A stretch of 61,628 nucleotides of DNA, filler included, from Choristocarpus tenellus KU-1152 (lineage: Eukaryota; Protista; Phaeophyceae): assembly GCA_964200185.2 (NCBI GenBank). It is 8 parts of 8 records of this genome, joined end to end, with 100 filler letters (N's around TTAATTAATTAA, not from the genome) between each part and the next. Parts side by side here need not be neighbours in the genome. Positions count along the whole stretch, not along the records: positions 1 to 28,772 come from CAXNAD020000118.1; positions 28,873 to 36,572 come from CAXNAD020005730.1; 6 more parts are not named here. The stretch is one strand, 5' to 3'. Each line of letters opens with the position of its first letter. Position 1 is the first letter of the stretch. The notes under the pieces are model-generated. The model had not been told where the DNA came from and made no database searches. It worked only from the letters and a program-made list of their open reading frames with translations. Below are positions 24,363 through 35,124 of the stretch, in pieces. The translations under genes and the position numbers were made by a program.

Positions 24363-26088
24363 ATGTCTTGGCTTTTCGGGACGAGTGGAAAGAGGCAGCC
24401 GCAGGGACAAAGTGATGTAAGAGCAGCGCGTGAGCGCCAAGTTCACAATTTGAAGGAGAAGGTGCAGGGTCTTCAGGAGAAGTCCACCGATACCTCCCTA
24501 TTCGAGGTTCAGATCAGTGCCCCACCAGATGGAAGGCCTGTGATGTTAAGAGTATTTCTTCCTACAAAATTTCCTTCGGAGAGACCAGGTGACTCAGTGT
24601 TGGGAGAAAATTCCCTAGTTCTTTTGTTGGCACTTTGTATTGGGTATTCGTCACACTTATAGAAAACCTTAACTCCCAGTCCTTTCTTATCTCTCCGCTT
24701 TCACGATTTGTGCGTGAGCAGTGCTGCAGCTTCTCTCCAAGGTTTCTCACCGATGGGTAAACCAATATATGCAAGTCGTTGGCCATCCAGACCTCAACGG
24801 GTGGGATGGCACCAGCCCTCAAATGATTGGGGATATAGTAGCAGGTGTGATCGAGGAATTTCGCCGAGATTGTAACATAGGAAGTTCAACAAGTCCTCCT
24901 GTGGTAGATCCGGCGTCTCAATGGAGTGGTTACGGAAGTCAGCCTGTGCAACCATTTCCTGGTCAGGGTGTACGCAGCGATACTGTTGGAAACTTGGATA
25001 CATCACGACGCCGATCTGGGGAGAAGACTCTGCCCAGTGCTGGGGGTCATTCTCCTCCGAGGGTTACGCCTGGAGGTGGGTAATGCGCTGATTGAAGTCT
25101 TGTAAAGCATCTCCGTGAGGGAAGTTCGTTGAGTGCTCGGCTAATATGATAATGATTTTTCTATCATTTTCCAATTTTTCCCACAAAGGTTCGGCAAGAC
25201 ATCACCTTTTGGTGCTTAGGACACTCCATGAACCTCTCACACCATCACTTTCATGCGTCACTTTCTTGTGGACTCTGATCCTTTGCCCTACGATTCTTCA
25301 CCGTGCCATTCGACAGCGTTCACAGCAGTGCCAATATATTTTGTCTAGTTTGGCGCAATAATTCTTAACAACCTTGATGTGTTCAGCATCACCATCACCT
25401 CTTCATATGCTTGACAGGGGCAGCTGAAGCTGGGGAACAAACGCGCGGGACGCGTATCCCAGCAATACCATCACAATTTGAGGAGCTCCAGAACTTGACA
25501 ACAGCACAACTCACCCGTCTACTTGAGGATGATGTCGCACGCCAGACAATGATACAAGCGATGCAGAGCGTTGTTGGCATGAAGGAGGTCAGAACTGAAA
25601 TGCGCAAGAGTAACTTCAAAGTTGCACAATCTACCATGGGTAAACAGGAGGCTATTGACCTGCTTCGAACAGAGTCAGAGAACATGAAGCTGACCCTAAA
25701 AGACATCAAGGAGGCATACGATGGTGAGGCCTGATGAAAATTGCAAGGGCCTGTTTGCTCCAAGTGTGTGAGCACTGCACACAAATGAATGTGCATTCTC
25801 TACTTCAACATGCACTTTGTCTTCTCCTGCTTGTGTGCCAAATGACAATCTATAGGTGAAGCTCAGGCTCATGGAAATACTACAGGTGGCACACCAGATC
25901 AAGTTATCCTGAAACAGGTCAAGCGGGCATCACAGGAGGCAGACAACATATCTGAGAAGATTGCAAACAGTTTCTTGGAGAGACAATTATCCCTTTCCGA
26001 TTTTCTCAATGACTTTATCCGGGAACGGCAACGATACCATGTGCTTGCTGCAAAGATTGAATGCATGAAGCGTGACATTCATTTTTGA
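24363..26088 (+). CDS. VPS37: VPS37-like ESCRT-I subunit with N-terminal UEV-like domain and C-terminal Mod(r)/VPS37 domain, 4 exons (24363-24588, ~24722-25075, 25418-25723, 25856-26088)
   Basis: Start MSWLF; LRVFLPTKFPSERP..HRWVN (UEV-like); IPAIPSQFEELQNLT..L..LLED; C-terminal EADNISEKIANSFLERQLSLSDFLNDFIRERQRYH. Confidence 0.8.
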
Positions 26089-27489
26089 AAATGGTGTAAT
26101 GAAAATCTGTGTAATCCCTTCGTAGTCAGTATCTTCCCAGTTGACCAGATAACGGTAGACTGAATAGTAGATAGGAGGGTCTATGTGAGAGAGGTCAATT
26201 GGATGCCCTTAGTAAGGACAATACTTATAGTCCGCAGGGGATTCATTTCAAAGGACAAAAAACCTGTACATACTAGACCAATGAATTGGTGGAGTATGAG
26301 AGTGGTGGGTCATTTTTATTTATGAAATGACTGTTTTTAACTGTTTTTTGCTTGAACTTGGAGGGCTTGTGGACTTAATCTTCCACTGTAGGTTCTATGG
26401 AGATTGACATACAACACTGACCCAGTACATGCAATGCTCTTCCAAGGTAAACCCTCCTATGGCCAGATGAGGCGACTTCTGAGTGCGGGGATTTCCTGGT
26501 CTCAATTATTATATCGTGACTCACAGTCTTTTTTTGGCTGAGTGTCGTCTGAGGTAAGGAGGGGCCTAATACACTGTCCACTGCTGGCCACTGTTGTACA
26601 GAGTATAGTTTTTCAAACATATATGTGGCTTTCACTAGATGGAGCTGTGAATGATCTGGATTGTGAAAAAGGAAATTGCTATCTGGTCACTGATTAGTAA
26701 GTCTGTCAATTGTCTAGGTCTCGGTGTACTTTGTATGGCTGGTGAAGAGCAAAAACATGAGAACCAACCCCGCCCTGGCTGGTGAGGGGCCCAGTTTAAG
26801 GGGAAATGATTTTGTCCTGTCTCCTGTATTGCTTCAATTCTCGGAGAAAAAAACACCCCAGCAGAAAGCAAGCAATGGTATTTTCATTGACCTCACTGAT
26901 ATGACCCAAATGGGACTATTGTGCATTAGAGTTGTGCATAAGATAATTTCATCACTGGCTCTTTAATTTTGGATAGAAAACATCTGGTGATTAATGTATG
27001 GCAGGTGATAATAAGCACTGGTACTTCCAATCCTGTTAAATGGTTACGGTAATTTCTCATCACAATAGCCTGAGGGGTCTCAGACCTCCGGTCAAAAAGA
27101 TAGTGCAAAGAAGACAACAAGGACTAGAAAACTAAGAAAATCATAATAATAATAATAATAGAGGAACTAAGATAATGATGGATTCATCTCCACTCTTCGC
27201 AGTCTACCCTTCAACCACATATTTTCAGTGTTCGAGAGAAGTATGAGCATTAGTCTCATCTCAGATACTGCCACCGGAGGTCGTATCTCTGGCGATGGAG
27301 AAAAAGCACGAAAAAGGAGAGTTGTGGGTTCAATTTTCAAACCTCCAGACAAGCCTTACTCCCCATTCTAGCCAAGCGCCCTTTTTCTGTCTTACTGCCC
27401 CACACATTACTAAGTGACGGGCATATGGTAAGCGCACATTCCCTCGTATGTTCAAAGGTAATCTAATTTTTTTATATTTGGAAGGAATA

Positions 27490-28260
27490 TCATGTAAAGT
27501 GTCAGGTAAATGTTGCTTGGACGGATCCAACCCCCTTTGGTTGTTTCATCCACCCAATATCCATAAAATACCAGTGGTTGACTGATAGGCAAGACTTCTC
27601 TGTTTACGTAAGTGTCGATCGCACATTTGCTTCAATGGATTCGAAAGCACTAATCAACCCTTTCACATCCCCAAAAACAAATTTGCATACATGTCAGTTT
27701 CATTCCTCAAATATCTACTAATTATTTTAAAGGTACCACTGGTGACTTGAACGGCAACATTTTGAACAATTTGAATAAGCACCAGTTACACGTCGCTTGG
27801 ATGAATCCCAAACCGTTGCTTGGCAATTTCACTCCCACTGATATCTGCAAAAATCCGCCAGATACCAATAGTGACTTGAGTGACAACATTTTGAAGTATT
27901 TTGCGCAAGTGTCAGGTACCCATTGCTTGGATAGACCCCAAACCGTTTTCTGACCGTTCCATAACTGCTTAATTTGTCTATAAGATACAAATGATGAGTT
28001 GAGCAGCAGCAATTTGAAGTATTTTTGCATAGGTGTCAGATACTTGATGGTTCAATGGGTCCAAACTGTTGTCTGACCGTTCCGCCTACCTAGCAACTGC
28101 ACATTATCTGTATGATACGAATAGTGACATTATAGGAAACATTTTGAAGAAAATTGCGTAAGACTCTACTACATACTGCTTTAATGGATCCAAAACTGTT
28201 GTATATTTCCACCCCGACGATACCTGCAAAAAAAGCCGTAAGATTCCAGTCATGACTTGA
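27490..28260 (-). repeat. Degenerate tandem array of about 123-130-nt units (roughly 6 copies), probably a decayed repeat-protein gene
   Basis: The motif GATAC..ATAGTGACTTGA..CAACATTTTGAAG..GTGTCAG..TGCTTGGAT..CCAAACCGTT recurs at about 27732, 27861, 27984, 28114 and 28242, with weaker copies upstream. Confidence 0.65.
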
Positions 28261-28269
28261 CTAAGTAGT

Positions 28270-28570
28270 CAAACTCAAGGAAACTTCCTGGAAGAATTGG
28301 AGGAACAGGAAGGGGGACAAAAAATAACTGTACACAGACGCCCAAAATGCTACTTTCAAGAGGGCGTTGAAGAAGACTGGCAAACACCTCAAATGGGTGA
28401 GGGCGTCTGACTTGCAGGAGTTTCTTGACACCTACACCAGGAAGATGGAGAACCTTATTCACCTTCGTGACCAAGCTGGTTTATGCCAATACCTGAAAAG
28501 CTTCAATATTGAGAGAACCAGAGGAAGAGCCTCTCAGCATATCCATGACGAGTCTGGAGTCCAAGCAGTA
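28270..28570 (+). mobile_element. Degenerate non-LTR retrotransposon (LINE) fragment, endonuclease-RT linker region
   Basis: Translation LKKTGKHLKWVR..LQEFLDTYTRKMENLIHLRDQAGLCQYLKSFNIERTRGRASQHIHDESG resembles, from memory, brown-algal LINE ORF2 linker sequences. Frameshifted and truncated. Confidence 0.45.
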
Positions 28571-28772
28571 ACCTATTCCAGTGCTATTGTAACTTTGTGC
28601 CTGTATTCATTTTTGCTGATAGTTGTGAAGAGGGAGAGACTTGCTGAGATGCTCTCTATTGTTATTTTTAATGGCATACATTCATAGTTCCTAGCAAGGG
28701 TAAGCCTTTCCATGACAGTACCCAATCTCTTTTGGGACTGTGAGTCATGGTCTTAGTGTCCTGTCGCTGCTG

Positions 28773-28872
28773 NNNNNNNNNNNNNNNNNNNNNNNNNNNN
28801 NNNNNNNNNNNNNNNNTTAATTAATTAANNNNNNNNNNNNNNNNNNNNNNNNNNNNNNNNNNNNNNNNNNNN
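28773..28872. other. Artificial contig linker (N44-TTAATTAATTAA-N44); the same linker is at 36573-36672, 40451-40550, 44886-44985, 48570-48669, 51780-51879 and 58013-58112
   Basis: Seven identical 100-nt blocks with a core giving stops in all six frames. Confidence 0.97.
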
Positions 28873-31079
28873 AAAGAAAAAAAAAATCACTTTTTTTAAT
28901 TAAATTTAAATATTTACATTTAACAAAAAATTATCACTATTATACCCCCCCCCCCCCCCCACCCCCAGTAGTATTTTACTGTAGAATTATTGAAATCCTA
29001 CACATGTGAGAGACAAGTTGACGGGTCTGTTGGAGCTGATCTGAGTCAGAAATCGTTTCCACGCACACTGTCCTTGTTGATGGCCCATAGAGCACCAACA
29101 ACCTTTCCTTTCAACAGCAGCAGATGGATGCCCGAAATGAAGTGCTGACCAGCACTTTTGTGTTTGTGTCTGATACAATCCACACGCGTGGGGGGGTAAT
29201 GTCAGGGACAGGCCCCATTTTGGGATCTCCGATACATTGATATGAGATGCCGTGTGCAGTGTTACCCATTATGTGCACCACCTTTTGCCACTGAGGTCAG
29301 TCAAATTAATGTGGAGTGGGTCAGACACACAACTGTCTGGTGGTAACCCCAGACATGATTAGTGGATTCAAACCAGCAAAGTCAGGGATTGTGTGTGATA
29401 TGATGTGACTAAAGTTGCACCCAAGTGCAGCGGAGATTGATAAACATGCTACTGTGAGGTTCTTAACCCTCACCCAGCAAGGCTCAGCCCCATCCCTCAA
29501 TTCTTTCCTGAACTTCCTCTCTGGTGGTTCTGATTACCCCCCCAATGGCAACTGAACGTGGTCGAACGACACGATTACAATTATACCAAATCGGAAGTGT
29601 ATAAAAATGGACATGATTGGTTCAGTCTTGTCATTGATCAAATGTATGTATCAATCAATCTCCTTAAACTATCACAAGAAGCAATCACCGCACTGTCACT
29701 CTGCCCATAGTAGGTCTCTTCATTTTGGGAAGTTCAAATTTAACCAACCTATGAGGTGGCTAAAAAATTCAAATCTATGCTGACTCGTCCGAGTTTGCAT
29801 CTTTGCAATCGACTTAAAATGTGGAGCAGATATATATATATATGTACTGGTTCTCTTTTTTTCTGTTGAGACTCATCCTAATCCTATTGTTCAATCACCT
29901 CATCGTACCAAGGAGTTCATACAATTCTCTTGTGGGCAAGCACTCTTAATGCCACTATTCTAGTACAGTATAGCAGCAATACTATTGTACACCAATCCCC
30001 TCTCAGTGCTATGATGGAATGTTGCAATGTTCGATAGATGATAGATGCATCACTAATAATGCATACATATAGTGGAGATGTTCTTACTCCTGGTAGTTAC
30101 TTTTTGCAACATACATAGAGAAGGAGTAAGTAGTATGAACAACACTTGTGAGTTGGTCAGCAGGGCCAAGCATACCAAAGTAATGCGCGCCCATTGTTGC
30201 ATCATCCATATCAATGACTGATTCAATAATGAAACAAAACGATTCTCCTACAAAAAACAGTCATGCCTGCCCTGACAAGCACAAGCCATGCTGGCTAGCC
30301 ACATATCGCTAGAAGTACAATTGCACTTGGAACACAGGATGCTTCACATCAGCAAGTCTATTGCCTGTTGTTGAGAGCATCAGGCACGGAAAAAATACCA
30401 CAGGCAAGGCAAAGGCACGAAACAGTTAAACTCCTTGCTTATTACTTACTACTTTGAAGTATGTTATGGAAAAAAAAAGAAAACATAAAATACTGTGAGT
30501 TCCATTGCGCAGTCACTCTCAAAACATACATATGACAGCGCTCGACAGAGTGGTTACTGTCTGGAATGCCAATAGACCCAAATAAAATTCATGTTGCAAG
30601 TGAGATCACTTGTAGCATTTGAAAACATTTACTCAATCCAACTTTCAGGCATACTGCATTCTTGACAGAATGCAAGACCATAACATACTTAACACAAACT
30701 CGCACATATACACGCACAGCTCAAGGAGAGAATATCACTCGTATCCTGCTTTAGCACAAGGCCGAACTCTAACACGACCAATCACTACTATATTCAGTGA
30801 AAACGAAATGAATTCAGGTTTGCCAATGCGCCCATATACAAACTTCTGTCCAGGTTGAACATGTTTTGTATACAAAATGTCGTGAAACAAGTCCATACAA
30901 CATGGACACCATTGCATGTCTGCACAAGGGTCATTGGACATACAACGTTTTGGATTTTCCTGTGCAAGGGAACATGGATGCATTAGCTGAAGAGTAAAGA
31001 AGAGGTTGCACCATGTCCTGGTGTTCAGTCCTCCCACTCCTCCAACTGTTGTGCAACACTATTTTGCCATGCATTCCAT

Positions 31080-32030
31080 TTATGTACAGGTATTGACAGT
31101 ATCCATTTCTACTCTCCGTTTGTGCATCCAGGGCTGATCATAAACCACCACCTTGTGTTTCTCCTGAGGGAGTGGGTGGGGAGATTGAGGGCAGAGTGGG
31201 ACAATGAACCAACATCTCAACTTCACCAGAGGAGGATGTGACGTCAAGGAGTAATAATTCTTTGATAAACAAACTACTCCAATTGCACACTAGTGGGGCT
31301 AAACACCTACCTAATGAGGAATTGATCTACATTACTAGAGCCAGGTCCTGATTCGCACTGATTGCAAGACTGGTGCTTTTCCTGGAGCATTTCCACAGTG
31401 GTTGCTACTTCCCCATATACGAAGATGAGAGGATTATGTTCCAGGAGCGCATGTCACCGCGAAAGACTAGCGGTGGTAACTAGAGTGAGAGCAGGAGTTG
31501 AGGGGAAAGAGTCACCTGACAGGTGCCTTCTGAGTCGTTTCCTCGGAAAAACAGTGTGTACTTCAGCCCAGACACCACCTGCATTAGCGCCTTGTAGCGT
31601 ACGAAATGGAGATCGCCATCTTCATTTCTGGACTCAAGGTGATTTATAGCAAACTGCAGAGTGGGTGGGATAGTTTTGTCAACGAGGTTCGTGCACTCTA
31701 CTTATAACAACAAAACTAGAGTATGAGAGTTAACTCTAATATTCACAACCAAGGGAAGGGAAAACACAGCACGATAAATGCTGATGGGGGATAACAAGGA
31801 GGTGAAAATAGAAGATGGGATATTTGTAGAGACTTTGGATGGCACAACCGCAACTGTTCTTCCATTCACATCACCTCAGTGACGTCCTCAAGGTGGCTGT
31901 CATTAGAGTTGGTTACGTCCTGGATGCCACCTGCTATGGGACCAGACACCACCGGTTCTCTACCATCTGCACTGGACATGATTATGGTGCAAAAAGCCAC
32001 GGCTAAATTGAGAAGGAAGCTTAGCCTCAT
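31080..32030 (-). CDS. Secreted cystatin (cysteine protease inhibitor), 125 aa, 3 exons (32030-31875, 31653-31516, 31163-31080)
   Basis: Signal peptide MRLSFLLNLAVAFCTIIMSSA, N-terminal GG (IAGGIQDV), helix EDVTEFAINHL, QVVSG (QxVxG) followed by KYTL, and VVYDQPW (PW loop). Two phase-0 GT-AG introns; TAA at 31082-31080. Confidence 0.88.
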
Positions 32031-32846
32031 AGTAATCAGACTGGTACAAACCTGGGCTGGTCAGATGCGACCTGTGGGACGTCGAAAATACCAATATAGG
32101 AATGAGAAGATAGTGGCTAGGTTAATCTGAATGCCAAACTAGCAAAGGTGTCCTGGACAAGGAGATCATTGAAGATATAACAAAGATCGACGAGCGATAA
32201 TTATGGTTGGGATGCAATCTCATGGAACGCAACTTTTCTAGAGAGGAAATCGAGTCGATAGTTCATCTACAACAAAAGCATTGTGATACAGGATGCGAAC
32301 TTTCTACAGTGCTATTTAACTTCATTTCTTTGCTGCTGACCGAAAGAAGTTCTCAACACGTATACAATGCTGCAGAGTAAATCGGCATGGGTCGACTGCG
32401 ACCGAATGAAAGGGGCATAAAGTCCACAAGGCTTCCTGCGCTGAACAGAGGAAATGAAGAACGTTCCGTTCTCTCTCTTGATCGATTTGCCCGAGAAGAT
32501 AACAAAAGCACGGGAAGAGAGAGGTGAGAAATCACCCATCATCCTAAGAACTCCTCACCTGAGAGGCCAGGATAATAACAGGGCTTACTGTTGCAGGTCT
32601 CTTTACTCGACAAAGACGCTTTCCTCCTTTGTGGTATGTTCAATGTATATGTACTGTGTTGAATTCTCCAATCCTCAACTCCAGGAAATTGAGTGCGCGA
32701 GCGCACGCATATGCTCTTCACACTTCCACTCAAAAGTGTAATACACTACAACACAACCACAAAACACAACACCAGTCTACTAACATCGATACCCTTGACC
32801 ATCTCATCGTCTTCTACGCTGCTTCTCGGTTGCCCTTGATGAAAAC

Positions 32847-35124
32847 ATGGAGGATTCCAAGCTCCAGAAGTTGCATGACATTCTCAAGAAGTTGGCGCCG
32901 AAGGGGAACCATGTGAGGAAGTTGTCAGTGCAGTATGACCAATGATCGGTGCTGCTGGGTCTTTATCTATGTCGATAGATTCCTGGGACGGATACTACTT
33001 TCCATCAAATCATGCGCTTAACCACCCTTCTCTCTCATTTGTTGCCGCCATTCCTGCTTTGACAGGGTGGACTTGGGAGTAGAGGTATTGTGGTTGGTGG
33101 GTACAAGCACAAGGACAATGGTTTGCCCAAGAATGGTGAGTGTTGCTGTTGTGAATTGTGCAGTAGGGATGGGATCGCTGTCACCAAGCTGTCCTTGAGA
33201 TTCGTTTTTCAATTGGTCAATATAGATGGACTTTAAATGGTGGATTTTGAGTTGACTATAGGGGAAATCGCACAACCCAAGTGTGCCTTTCTGCCTGCCC
33301 GTTGCATATTCGCCATCTCTTTCTCCTCCACCAGGCATTCTTCGATGTTCTCCATTATATTAATAGCATTACGCCCATGGTAGACACGAGCCCCTGTGCA
33401 TCCGCTGGCCGTAGATGCAATGCATATAGCTGAACGCAGGCTAGACTCGTAGCCGACTCCGAGAAGATTGCTTCCTGATCGCAAATAGCCCAACTCGTTT
33501 TGGTGGCCACAAGGTAATTGTACTGCGCCTCACAAGTGTCAACTGTATGACCGACACCAGCATGCACGTCCTTCGCTGTTTTGAATACTAACGCTTATCT
33601 CGTTGGTCAGGTCTGTACTCCTATTTCGTGAAGCCGGGGCATTTCAAGACCACCTTCAAGGACAGTGATGATGAAGGCGAAGAAGAGGATGACAAGGTCA
33701 GAGAGGATGCTTTAACGAAGGAGGATAGAAAGAAGGCGAAGAGGGCTAAGAAAGCTGAGAAGACCAGAAGGAAGGCGGAGAAGGCTGAAAAGTCAGAGAA
33801 GACCAAAAAGAAGGCGGAGAAGGCTGAAAAGTCAGAGAAGAAGACGGAAAAGATTGATAAGTCAGAGAAGCCGGAGAAGGTCAAAAAGGCCAAGGATTCA
33901 AAGAAGTTGGCAAAAGAGGAAATTGGAGTCGCCAAGGAGGCAGAGACAGAATCTAATGGAAGAAAGGTAAAAGATAATTTCACCACCTCAGAGAAGAAGG
34001 CGGAGAAGTCCAAGAAGGCCAAGGATTCAAAGAAGAAGTTGGCAAAAGAGGCAAGTGGGGTCGCCAAGAAGGCAGAGGCAGGATCTAATGGAGGAAAGGT
34101 AAAATATAATTTCACCAACTTGGGGGTTGAGGGACTGGCAGAGAACTCAGTGGAAGCTGCGTGCGCTCGAAAGTCAAAGCGAAAGCGGGACTGCTTGAAG
34201 TCTGGATCAGGTGATGAAATGGATGACTCTTCTGCAACCAATGCAGTCAAAGGGAAAGTAGCTGATGAGAATGGCGAGGTTGAAGGGAAGAAGGACAAAA
34301 AGGTCAAGAAGAAGAAGGGGAGTGTGAGCAAGGCTACAATTGAGAATGTTCAGGCAAAGCTCAAGTGCAATGTGGAAGGTGAAGATATGGAGGAAAACAA
34401 CCGTGGGAAGGGAGACCTGGACAGTACTGGTGGGGGGGGCTCATCGAAGGTGAAGTTGGAAAAGAAGAGGAAGCTGGCAAAGTTGGAAAACGGGAATGAT
34501 GGGGCGCAGCATTTGCCTGAGCACTCTGCTGATGATTTAGCTACCTTGACCATGAACGGCGAGGGTACAAAGATGTGCAAATCCGGGAAGAAGGTTGAGA
34601 AGAAGAAAGCGAAAAAGGAGGTAGCAGGAGCAGAGTTGAAGGCTTCTTCTAGCCCTGAGGAGAAGAGGTCTAAGGCCAAGAAGAGGAGCAGGGAGGAGAT
34701 GGTGCAACCTTCCACCCCATTGGGGGATGATGTGGGTGGCGGAGAGGCTGGAGAAGGGGAAGGGAATGGGATCAATGGAGCAGCAGGTAAAGTCAAGAAA
34801 AGTAAGAAAGGTAAAGACAAAAATAGCGTGAGTAAGGGCAAGCGACAGAAGGAGGGTGAGGACCTTGCGACAAACCCAAATGGGAGGGTTCATGTAGGTG
34901 GAGGTGAAGAACAGATGGAGGAGGTGAGGGTGGAGATGGGCGAGGAAACTGCTGGTTTGGTAAAGAGGTCAAAGACGTCAGCTAAGAAGATCAAGAAGGA
35001 TAAGAAGATAGCTAAGGCGACTGGGGGTGTTGAGAGGGATGAATCTGACGGATCTGTAGCCCTCTCCAAACTGAAGAAGAAAAAGAAAAATGCTTTGAAA
35101 GGTGGACAGAAGGGAGAGTCATAG
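32847..35124 (+). CDS. Lysine/glutamate-rich low-complexity protein, possibly nucleolar; exons about 32847-32912, 33066-33120, 33611-35124
   Basis: MEDSKLQKLHDILKKLAPKGNH / GGLGSRG.. / GLYSYFVKPG, then a ~500-aa KEK-rich ORF ending in TAG at 35122-35124. The two upstream exons are inferred from splice sites and phase. Confidence 0.7.
33862..34116 (+). repeat. Internal ~126-130-nt tandem duplication in the Lys-rich CDS, preceded by shorter AEKAEKSEK repeats
   Basis: KKAKDSKK(K)LAKE..GVAK.AE..SNG.KVK.NFT occurs twice. Confidence 0.85.

Noticed and set aside
27490-28260. CRISPR-like array
   Set aside because: Similarity extends across whole diverged units rather than identical repeats with unique spacers. 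The context is eukaryotic and there are no cas genes.
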